A stretch of 64,000 nucleotides of DNA from IMG/VR virus record IMGVR_UViG_3300049324_000053; one strand, given 5' to 3'. Made by a program: the position numbers and the translations under genes. How positions within the stretch are numbered: the stretch's first letter is position 1; the number at the start of each line of letters is the position of its first letter. This stretch comes from a virus. Positions 54,803 through 62,948 of the stretch are shown piece after piece. The notes beneath the pieces were generated by a model, which saw only the letters and a list, made by a program, of their open reading frames with translations, was not told the DNA's origin and did not search any database.

Positions 54803-57355
54803 GTGGCGTGGGGTCTTGCGTTCACGCTGCCCGGCGGCCGGTTTCGTACGTCGACATCCCTGCCCGGCTACGCGCTCGCCGGTTACGGTGTCGCCGCCTA
54901 CGCCGACAGTGCGGTACCAGCGGGCAGCAGGACACTTAACGCGCAGGTCACCGCCACCGCCACCACCGCCGCGGCGCTGGGTTTCAGCTGGCAGCTGCAA
55001 GGACAGCCGGCCGCCGGCAGCGCGCAGACCACCGGCCAGCTGGGGTTGCCGCGGCACCTGACGGCCACCGCCGCCGGCGCCGGCGTGGTCACCGCTACCG
55101 GTAGCCGCCGCGTTCAGGTGACCTGCACGGCTGCCGGTCATGCGAGCGTCACGACCGGGGTGTTGCGCCGGGTGCAGACGCTGACCGGGTCGGGCGCCGG
55201 TCATGGTGCGCTCACCGGGACGGCGCGGGTTGCCCGCAGACTCACCGGCACCGCCGCGGCCGGCGCGGGAGTGACCGCTACGGGTGCGGTCGTGCGCCGC
55301 CTGACCGGCGCCGCCATCGGCGTCGCGTCCGGCGCCGCGACGGTCGCCCGTAACCGGGGTCTGAACGGGCATGCGGCCGGTGCCGGGGTGATGTTCGCCG
55401 GACGGTACTTGCAGGCGTATGTGCTGACGTCCTCGTGTGCCGGCGCCGGCAGTGCCGGCGGCGGGCTGTTGCGGTTGCGGCGGACCACGGCGACCGCCGC
55501 GGGGTCGGCGAGTGTTGTCGCCGCTGTGCCCGTCGCGCGCAAGCTGACTGCCGTTCCGGCCGGTCATGTGGCGGTCGCCGCCACCGTCAAGATCGCGGGA
55601 ACGTTCACCGGTAGTAGTGTCGCCGCCGCGATCTTGTCCGCGACTCTTGCCCGCGGCCGTCGTGTCACCGGTGCCGCTGCCGGTATCGCGACAGCGGCCG
55701 CGGTGCCACGCGGCACCATTCCGCTCGCCGCGGTCGTCGCCGGCGCCGGCGTGGTCACCGGCGCCATGACGGCCCGGCGGGTTCTCGTTGCCGTCGTGCA
55801 CGGGGCGAGCAGTGTCGGCGGCGCTGTCCGCCGTCGTTATGCGCTGACCGGTTCGGGTGCCGGCACCGGCGACGGCGCCGGTGTGCTGCTGGCTGGGCTC
55901 GCCACGCTGACCGCTGCTAGTACCGGCAGCGCAGCGACGAGCGCGGTACTGCCCCGTGCCCGGCGTCTGACGGTCGTCAGCGCCGGGTGGACGGTGGCGA
56001 CGGCGCAGGCGTTGCCCGACCGGGGTTTGACCGCCACCGTGACCGCGGCTGCCACCACGAGCAGTGTGCTGACCCAGCTGGTGCCCACGTTCGGGGTGAC
56101 CCGGCTGCTGACCGTGACCAGCGATGGGGCTGCCACGGCCGGTGCGGACGCGGCGGTGGCGGTCCTTGCTGTTCTCGCCGGCGCCGGTGACGGTGCGGCC
56201 ACCGCCGGTGCGGTGGCCACGTTTGCGGTGGCGTTCGCCGCCGGTGGTGCCGGTGTTGCGGCCGGTGGCGGTGACCTGGTCCGGCGGCGGGGTGTGACCG
56301 CTGCGAGCGTCGGTGCCAGCAGTGCCGAGGCTGGGGGGGTTGTCTTCTGGGCGTTGCGCGTGGACAGCGCCGGCGGTGCGGTGTCGGCCGGTTCGATGTC
56401 GGCCGGCCGGGGTTTGGCCGGCGCCGGTGACGGCAGGGGCGTCGTTGCTGCGAGCGTGACTCTGCTGCAGCTGCTGGCCGGGGTGACGGCGGGCGGCGCT
56501 GCGGTTGTTGTGAACGTCGACCGGGATCGGGGGTTGGCCGCGTCGGCTACCGGCATCGGCGACGGCGCCGGTGTGCTGGGTCTGGTGCGGCTGCTGGCCG
56601 GCGCCGGCAACGGTGGCGCTGCTGTTGTTGTGCTGCTGGCAGGTGGTCGTGATGTCACGGCGGCCGCGGACGGCATGTCGAGCGCCGACGGGACGGTTGC
56701 TGTTGTCCGGCTGCTGGCCGCCGCCGCGGCCGGTGCTGCTACGTTCGCCGTCGAATTGGTGAGTGCCCGGGGCCTGGTGGGGGTGTTCACGGCCGGCGCG
56801 GTGGCCGGTGCGCAGCTGGCGGTGCTGCAGCTGCCCAGCGGGTCCGGTGCCGGCGCGGCTGTTGTGGTGGCAGCTGTTCGTGGTGACTGGAGTGTGACTG
56901 GCGCCGGTGGGGGGGCCGGCAGCGGGGCCGGGGTTCTGGTGCTGGGGCTGGCGCTGTTGAACGGCGCCGGCGCTGGTATCGGTCAGGTCGCTGCGGCGGC
57001 AATGGTGGCACTGATCGGCGTCGAAAGTTTCATCGAGGGGTGTTCAACGGTCGTTTGCTGGGTCGAACTGGCGGTGGTGTTCACCGGTGAGCCTGCCGCC
57101 GGGGTCGCTGCCGGCACCGCTGCGGTGATCGGGGTGCTGGCGCTCGCGCCCACCGCGGTGGCGGTCACCTTTGCCGCTGTTCGTATTGCCGGGGTCACTG
57201 TTCTGGCGGCGCTGCTCGGCCTGGCGGTACCCGAACCGGTGCTGCCGCCGGCGCCATCCCCGGTGCCTCGTGCGGCGCCGCAGGTGGCAGCGAGCAGTGT
57301 CGGCGCTGGTGGGGTGGCGGACGTGGTGCATTTTCATGGCGGCCGTGCCCGGTGA
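54803..57355 (+). CDS. Ala/Gly/Val-rich ~20-aa repeat virion protein, copy 2
   Basis: Recurrent RxLTGxxAGxxxxxA units at ~20-aa period. Confidence 0.7.
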   Translation: MAWGLAFTLPGGRFRTSTSLPGYALAGYGVAAYADSAVPAGSRTLNAQVTATATTAAALGFSWQLQGQPAAGSAQTTGQLGLPRHLTATAAGAGVVTATGSRRVQVTCTAAGHASVTTGVLRRVQTLTGSGAGHGALTGTARVARRLTGTAAAGAGVTATGAVVRRLTGAAIGVASGAATVARNRGLNGHAAGAGVMFAGRYLQAYVLTSSCAGAGSAGGGLLRLRRTTATAAGSASVVAAVPVARKLTAVPAGHVAVAATVKIAGTFTGSSVAAAILSATLARGRRVTGAAAGIATAAAVPRGTIPLAAVVAGAGVVTGAMTARRVLVAVVHGASSVGGAVRRRYALTGSGAGTGDGAGVLLAGLATLTAASTGSAATSAVLPRARRLTVVSAGWTVATAQALPDRGLTATVTAAATTSSVLTQLVPTFGVTRLLTVTSDGAATAGADAAVAVLAVLAGAGDGAATAGAVATFAVAFAAGGAGVAAGGGDLVRRRGVTAASVGASSAEAGGVVFWALRVDSAGGAVSAGSMSAGRGLAGAGDGRGVVAASVTLLQLLAGVTAGGAAVVVNVDRDRGLAASATGIGDGAGVLGLVRLLAGAGNGGAAVVVLLAGGRDVTAAADGMSSADGTVAVVRLLAAAAAGAATFAVELVSARGLVGVFTAGAVAGAQLAVLQLPSGSGAGAAVVVAAVRGDWSVTGAGGGAGSGAGVLVLGLALLNGAGAGIGQVAAAAMVALIGVESFIEGCSTVVCWVELAVVFTGEPAAGVAAGTAAVIGVLALAPTAVAVTFAAVRIAGVTVLAALLGLAVPEPVLPPAPSPVPRAAPQVAASSVGAGGVADVVHFHGGRAR

Positions 57356-57364
57356 GCGGGTCTT

Positions 57365-57532
57365 TCACTGCCGGTTCGCGGCACGCTCCCACGGATCGTC
57401 GACCGGATCGTCGATGCCCGCGTCGATGTCGGCTCGCCACTCGCGCCAGTCCTGTGGCGGCAGCGTCGCAAGGAACGCGTTCACGTCCGCGCCGGTCACC
57501 GGTGGCTTGCCGGGCGGGTCGTTCGTCTGCAC
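57365..57532 (-). CDS. 55-aa orphan peptide resembling a VapB/Phd C-terminal neutralising region
   Basis: Hand translation MQTNDPPGKPPVTGADVNAFLATLPPQDWREWRADIDAGIDDPVDDPWERAANRQ; TAGGCT 7 nt before GTG. Confidence 0.5.
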   Translation of the reverse strand: MQTNDPPGKPPVTGADVNAFLATLPPQDWREWRADIDAGIDDPVDDPWERAANRQ

Positions 57533-57587
57533 CTTCGTGAGCCTAGCGACGTTCGCATCCGGGTGCGGCCCGGTCGATGTCTACGGC

Positions 57588-58112
57588 GTGACGGATCTGC
57601 TCGACTACGTGCCGGCGTTGGAGCGTGCTGTCGCCCCGCCGGGCACGTTCGCGGCGACGTTCCCCGCGGCCGGCACCGACGACATGGTCGGTTATCTGCT
57701 TGATGGTCTTGCCGAGGCGCAGATGGACGGGTTCCTGATGGATCCGCGTCTGACGTTCACCCAGGACGGGGTGGTGACACCGGATCTGAGCCCGGGGCAG
57801 GCGGCGCTGGTGACGATGTATGCCGGGTTGCGGCTGCTGCGGGCGACACTGCTCAACCGGGTCGGGTCCACCCGGTACAAGGCCGGGCCGGTGGAGTACG
57901 AGACGTCGACCGGTACGAGCCTGCTGGTGGCGTTGCTGAAGGAAGCTCAGGACCGCCGGGATCGGCTGCTGGTCCGGTTGCAGACGCTCGCGGGAGGGAT
58001 GAGTTTTGCGATGGGCGACCTGTATCTGCTCAAAGCGACCGGCAGTTACGGGGTGGCGATCGCCGAGCTGCCTTCGCTCGGGCAGGTGTACGACCCGATG
58101 ATGGGCGGCTGA
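57588..58112 (+). CDS. head-tail adaptor-like protein
   Basis: Position; RYKAGPVEYE beta hairpin; start reassigned to GTG 57588. Confidence 0.6.
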   Translation: MTDLLDYVPALERAVAPPGTFAATFPAAGTDDMVGYLLDGLAEAQMDGFLMDPRLTFTQDGVVTPDLSPGQAALVTMYAGLRLLRATLLNRVGSTRYKAGPVEYETSTGTSLLVALLKEAQDRRDRLLVRLQTLAGGMSFAMGDLYLLKATGSYGVAIAELPSLGQVYDPMMGG

Positions 58113-58116
58113 ACCG

Positions 58117-58560
58117 GTGGCGGGCATGGCGCCAGGCGGGTTCGACGCGGCCGCGTTCCGCGCCGGCATTCACACCGCGATGGTCATGGGCACGCCGGTC
58201 GACGATGCGGAAGCGGCGACGTTCTACTTCCCGGCGACCGTGACCTACGACCGGCCCGTCGACGCGGACAACGTGCCGTTCGACCCTGGCGCGCATGCCA
58301 CGAAGGTGGCGCCGGCGTCGGTGCGGGTGCCGGTGGCGGTCGAGTACCGCGACGAGACCGAACAGCTGGTCAACTTCGGGTACGTCACCCCCGCCTATGC
58401 GGTGATCACATTGTTGGACGAGGAGTACGCGCAGGTCGCCGGCTGCGAGTATGTGCTGCTGCGGGGCAGCAAGTTCCGCTACCAGTCGACGGCGTACCCG
58501 GTGGCCCTGTTCGACGTCGGCGTGTACACGATGCACTTCGTGTCCGAGGACACCCGGTGA
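58117..58560 (+). CDS. head closure/stopper-like protein
   Basis: Beta-rich 147 aa in neck cluster. Confidence 0.55.
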   Translation: MAGMAPGGFDAAAFRAGIHTAMVMGTPVDDAEAATFYFPATVTYDRPVDADNVPFDPGAHATKVAPASVRVPVAVEYRDETEQLVNFGYVTPAYAVITLLDEEYAQVAGCEYVLLRGSKFRYQSTAYPVALFDVGVYTMHFVSEDTR

Positions 58561-59102
58561 GCACCCCGCCGGGACCGCTGTTCACGCCGCCGATCGTGCT
58601 GCCGGTGCGGTTTCGTTCCCGGCATGTTGCCCGCACGATTTTTGCGTACCTGTCGCAGCGGCTCACCGAAGCGGGCTGGGTGCACGATCCAGTCAACTTC
58701 GGCGCTACCGCGATCACACTGCAGGAGTCGCCGCCCGAGGATGTCACCACCATCGCCGTGAACACCGTCGCGGTCACGATCGGTGACGAACCGGCTGATC
58801 TTGACGAGCAGCTTGGCGGGGGGTTGGTGAGCGTCGAATATCCGGTGCTCGTCGATGTTTTCGGGGAAAGTTACAGCCTGTCGCAGTCGCTGGCCGCTGA
58901 CGTCAAAGACGCGCTGTCCCGGCGCGTCATCCCTGCGTACGACTGGTCGAACGGTGGTCCGACATTGCTGGACGGATCGCTGATCGAGTTCGTCGACGTG
59001 TCCGGGCCCCGGACCCCGGCCAGCTCGCAGGCCCTCGCGGGAGCGGCACGCCACTGGCGGGTGCTGACCGCGATCGCCTACACCACGTTCGCCCTGCCCT
59101 GA
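58557..59102 (+). CDS. tail terminator-like protein
   Basis: VLVDVFGESYSLSQSLAADVKDAL alpha/beta pattern; position. Confidence 0.55.
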   Translation: MSTPPGPLFTPPIVLPVRFRSRHVARTIFAYLSQRLTEAGWVHDPVNFGATAITLQESPPEDVTTIAVNTVAVTIGDEPADLDEQLGGGLVSVEYPVLVDVFGESYSLSQSLAADVKDALSRRVIPAYDWSNGGPTLLDGSLIEFVDVSGPRTPASSQALAGAARHWRVLTAIAYTTFALP

Positions 59103-59116
59103 CGAAAGGCACCTTC

Positions 59117-59419
59117 ATGGACGGCGACAACACTCTCGCGCGGGCGCTGCTCGGCCAGCAGCGTAAACGGCTGCTCGCGTCCACCCTCGGTGCTGCTGAG
59201 ACGGCGCCCTGGTGGGGCACGCTGACGCCTGAGCAGCGTGGCACGTTCCGCGACAAGGTGCTCGCGTCGGTGAACACCTATTACGAGTTCTGCCTGGACC
59301 TGATCGCGTCCGGTGGTGATGTGCTGCGCAGCGACGACACGCTCGCGCTGCTGCAGACCATTCACGCCTCTCAGCTGCGTGTCGAACGTGGCGTCGAAAG
59401 CAACGGAGTGCGCCGGTGA
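59117..59419 (+). CDS. hypothetical protein
   Basis: AAAGG RBS; coupled to next gene. Confidence 0.6.
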   Translation: MDGDNTLARALLGQQRKRLLASTLGAAETAPWWGTLTPEQRGTFRDKVLASVNTYYEFCLDLIASGGDVLRSDDTLALLQTIHASQLRVERGVESNGVRR

Positions 59420-60315
59420 GCCCGGATCGTGATTACAGCGCCAGGCAGTACGGCGGCCTTACGGTAAAAGTGTTCGCCGACGCGGAGCGGGCGAAGATCC
59501 GTAATGCGCGTGGCTGGTTCTCCTCGATGAGCCAGCAGGTCGTTCCGGCGCACGAGAAGATGGCCGAATCGCTGGCCAAGGCCATCGCTGCGGAGCTGAC
59601 TCGCCGCGTCGAAGGTGGTGGTCGGGCACAGGTGACCCGCAACCGGCACGGGCAGTCGCTCGCCGAGCTGATCTGTAACCCGGCGAACCGCATCATCAAG
59701 CAGGACAGTTTCCAGGTCATGATCCCGCAGTTTCTGAACGAGGGGCCGGCGCGGGGGTACTGGAAAGGGCTGGAAGTCGGTTCCGATGCGCACGTCGGGC
59801 AGACGTTCCCCGGATACTTCCTGGCTGCCGGGTCCTGGCACCGGCAGGGGCCTCGAAGCGAGCATCACGATCCGATCCTGGTGCGCGTCAAGGCCGGCAC
59901 GACCGGCAAGAAGTTGTCCGGGGAGGATCGTGCCTCGCTCAAGCGTGGTGAGTGGGGCCAGGTGCGTTCATGGGGCAAGGCGCCGCAGGTCGGCCATGCG
60001 CAGGGGGCGGGTCCGGGACGTGCGCGTGGCGCCCGGGGGGAACCGATCGCGACGCCCGCCGGCGAGCAGCTGCGCCGCGGCGGCGGCACACCGGCGCGTG
60101 GCCGCCCCGGGTCGAAGTCCACGACGGTGACCGGCGCCCGGGTGTGGGAGATCACGATTCGTAACCGGATCCGGCCGTACGAGTACATCGCCACCGGGGC
60201 GCGCAACTGGAACAACGCGCGGACCTGGGAGCCGATTTTGCAGGATGCGCTGGATCTTGCGAAGTTGCGGGCGCTGGGTATCGAGCCGCGGTTCAGCCAT
60301 AAGCCGCTCGGCTGA
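59416..60315 (+). CDS. basic neck/tail-completion-like protein
   Basis: YWKGLEVGS motif, basic insert, position before tail tube. Confidence 0.5.
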   Translation: MSPDRDYSARQYGGLTVKVFADAERAKIRNARGWFSSMSQQVVPAHEKMAESLAKAIAAELTRRVEGGGRAQVTRNRHGQSLAELICNPANRIIKQDSFQVMIPQFLNEGPARGYWKGLEVGSDAHVGQTFPGYFLAAGSWHRQGPRSEHHDPILVRVKAGTTGKKLSGEDRASLKRGEWGQVRSWGKAPQVGHAQGAGPGRARGARGEPIATPAGEQLRRGGGTPARGRPGSKSTTVTGARVWEITIRNRIRPYEYIATGARNWNNARTWEPILQDALDLAKLRALGIEPRFSHKPLG

Positions 60316-60388
60316 CCGCATGCGCTGACACGCCGGTGAGATACGGCCGCTGCTGCGCCGATGTTCTTGGCACAGGCCGATACCGGAG

Positions 60389-61687
60389 GTGTCCGTGTCC
60401 ATCAAGAGCGGCGAGCTGATTCACGTGGGGAACCACATCCTTGTGGACCGCGCGCAGACCGGCGGCGTGTCCTCGTTGAACCAGCCGCAGGACAAGATTT
60501 ACGAGCTGGGCAATTACCGGAGCGTCGGGATCGTGCGTGATATCCCGGACCTGACGTTCGGGTTGGAGTCCTTTGACACGAGCGCGGCGCTGGAGGCGTT
60601 GCTGCTCGGGCGGGACGCGGCCGCCGACCCCGACGGCCAGGTGTATGACCTCGGCCGGATGCAGTACATGGATGTTGCCAGCCAGTTCAAGTCCGGGTTC
60701 TCCCGGGCGAACGCGTACGACGTCGTCGGGTCGATCGCATTGCCGTTCTTGGCTCCTGAGAACGTCGGCTACCGCTTCGGGTTGCACGACAACGCCAGTC
60801 AGACGGCGTCGCTGCGTGGGGACTCGATCTTCTACGCCGAAGGTCCGACGTATGTCGAGGACACCGTCGGGTCCGGCACCGCCGGTCAAAGTGTGGTACT
60901 GGCCCAACCGGCGATTCCGTACACCGGTGACGCCGGCAGCGGGGTGGCGCGGTATGCGCTGTCCGTGTCGCTGGTGGGTGCGGGCAGGCGGCTGCAGATC
61001 GGCCCGGACTACACCGAGGCGGTGACCGGAGCGGGTCCGGCGAAGGCTGTCACGCTGACGATCACTGCGGCGGTGCCGGCGACGGACTCGGTCCGGGTGG
61101 TGTATCAGTCGACGACGGTTGCTACCTATCCGCAGGCGTCGCACACGCCGGTGACGAGTGCGACGCCGGGTGCGTGGGTGAAGCCGGCGGCGATTCGTGG
61201 CAAGGACATCACGATCCTGCTCGGTCCTCGCACCGTGGCCCTGGACCCGCAGCTGCACAAGATGGGCAACGTGCAGGCATTCTCCGCCGAATGGAGGGTG
61301 AACCTGGAGCGTGACGAGCAGCTCGGTTCGGGACAGGCCACCAGCGCCGACTATGTCACCCCGGACGTGACCGGCACCGTGGATCTTAAGCCGTTCGATT
61401 TCCATGATCTCATGGAAAGGATTCGTCAGCTGTCCGGCAAGGCATCGGGAACGGTGGAGTCCATCGGCCCGTACCAGGTCATTCCGGTGCAGCTCGCGGC
61501 GATCTTGCACGACCCGAACTCCACCACCGGCGAGATCCTCAAGACCCTCTACATCCCGGACGCCCGGTTCACCCTGCCGACGTTCCAGGCCCGCGCCAAC
61601 ACCAAGATCACATCCACGATGAACTGGTCCAGTGAGTCGGGCATCCTGCAAGCCAGCAAGGGCCTGTTCCCGTTCGCCATTCCGTAA
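60389..61687 (+). CDS. major tail (tube) protein
   Basis: 432 aa beta-rich, KIYELGN; precedes chaperone and tape measure. Confidence 0.75.
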   Translation: MSVSIKSGELIHVGNHILVDRAQTGGVSSLNQPQDKIYELGNYRSVGIVRDIPDLTFGLESFDTSAALEALLLGRDAAADPDGQVYDLGRMQYMDVASQFKSGFSRANAYDVVGSIALPFLAPENVGYRFGLHDNASQTASLRGDSIFYAEGPTYVEDTVGSGTAGQSVVLAQPAIPYTGDAGSGVARYALSVSLVGAGRRLQIGPDYTEAVTGAGPAKAVTLTITAAVPATDSVRVVYQSTTVATYPQASHTPVTSATPGAWVKPAAIRGKDITILLGPRTVALDPQLHKMGNVQAFSAEWRVNLERDEQLGSGQATSADYVTPDVTGTVDLKPFDFHDLMERIRQLSGKASGTVESIGPYQVIPVQLAAILHDPNSTTGEILKTLYIPDARFTLPTFQARANTKITSTMNWSSESGILQASKGLFPFAIP

Positions 61688-61801
61688 ACCCAAGGACCGG
61701 CCGGCGCGCGTCGCGATGCGCGCAGCGGGCCGAAGCCGGCCGGCGGCGATGAGGTGTGCGTTGCTCGCACCCTCGTCTGCCGCCGGTTCGGCGCACACTA
61801 C

Positions 61802-61832
61802 GAAACAGAAACAGAAACTGAACCCGAAACAG
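61802..61832 (+). repeat. short GAAAC-type tandem repeat
   Basis: GAAACAGAAACAGAAACTGAACCCGAAACAG. Confidence 0.6.
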
Positions 61833-61850
61833 TGATCCACCTGGGGGTTT

Positions 61851-62747
61851 GTGATGCCTTCGCGCGCCAAATACCGGCGCATGACCGAGTTGTATACCGA
61901 TGGTGTCGTCGAACTGCTTGACGACGGCAACCCCATCTTCCTTCGGGTGCTGAACCCGTACGAACGTCAAGAGGCGCTGCACGACGCGCAGGCCGCTCGC
62001 GCCCGTCTCGTGATGGCGTTGACCCGGTTCGACTCCGACGAGGAAGTGAAAGCCCGCGCGTCGATGGCGGTCGACGGTCGTGAGAAAGCTGTCGAGCAAC
62101 TCATCAACCTCAAAAGCAGTGAGCTGATGGTTGACGCGCTCAACGAACTGCGCGACGATCCGGAATGGAAAGAACGTATCGACGTTCTTGACCGTTCCGA
62201 GGAACTTGTCGCTCGTCCCCGCGAGGACAGCGAACGTCAACTCCTTGACGCTGTCGAGGTCGAATATCTCAACGAGATCAGCGCCCGGTCCGATGCAGCC
62301 CGTGAACAGGAACGGGCCCGTCTCATGCATCTGCGCGACGAAGAACTGCTCGGCGAGTACATCGACGCCTGGCGTGCTATGCGTGGCGGTGAGGTCGCCG
62401 ACGCCGAGTTCCGGCTGACCGAACTGTGGTATGCGGCGCGCTGCTGCGACGGGGTCGAACGGGGGGACGGAGTCTGGGATCACAGCGCCTGCGAAGGGCA
62501 TCGCACCCGGCTGTTCGACGTCAAGGCCGACATTGCTGGATTGCCGACCCGGTTGCAGGAGCAGCTGATGGCGGCACTGACCCGGCTCAACATGAGCGTG
62601 CGTGAAGCAAAAAACTCGGTCAGGGCGCCGAACTCATCAGCCTCGTCTCCGCAGCCAAACGCGGAGGAGGAATCGACGCCCTCTACCCCAATCGAGATCC
62701 CCGACAATGTCCCTGGTACCTCGCCACCGCTATCCAGCACGCCCTGA
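61851..62747 (+). CDS. tail assembly chaperone (G-like)
   Basis: Acidic helical protein between tail tube and tape measure; EAKN slippery site. Confidence 0.8.
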   Translation: MMPSRAKYRRMTELYTDGVVELLDDGNPIFLRVLNPYERQEALHDAQAARARLVMALTRFDSDEEVKARASMAVDGREKAVEQLINLKSSELMVDALNELRDDPEWKERIDVLDRSEELVARPREDSERQLLDAVEVEYLNEISARSDAAREQERARLMHLRDEELLGEYIDAWRAMRGGEVADAEFRLTELWYAARCCDGVERGDGVWDHSACEGHRTRLFDVKADIAGLPTRLQEQLMAALTRLNMSVREAKNSVRAPNSSASSPQPNAEEESTPSTPIEIPDNVPGTSPPLSSTP

Positions 62748-62932
62748 CGGTTCTCGGCTATTTCGAACTGCCTGAAGCCGATCAGCCGCCGGAGCGTATC
62801 TGGCTCGACAACAAGGCCCTCATCGAGCATTTCGACGGGGTGCGTGCCAAATACTCGGCGAACAGCTCCGGCCGAGAACTGATCGAAGACGTGGATCTGG
62901 ATCAGAACGAACTGACCCGGGACCTGCACTAG
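62609..62932 (+). CDS. -1 frameshift extension of tail chaperone (GT-like)
   Basis: A_AAA_AAC at 62609-62615; -1 frame open to TAG 62930-62932 (KLGQGAELISL...QPPERIWLD...TRDLH). Confidence 0.75.
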   Translation, partial: KKLGQGAELISLVSAAKRGGGIDALYPNRDPRQCPWYLATAIQHALTVLGYFELPEADQPPERIWLDNKALIEHFDGVRAKYSANSSGRELIEDVDLDQNELTRDLH

Positions 62933-62948
62933 AAGGACGGGAGATGCC

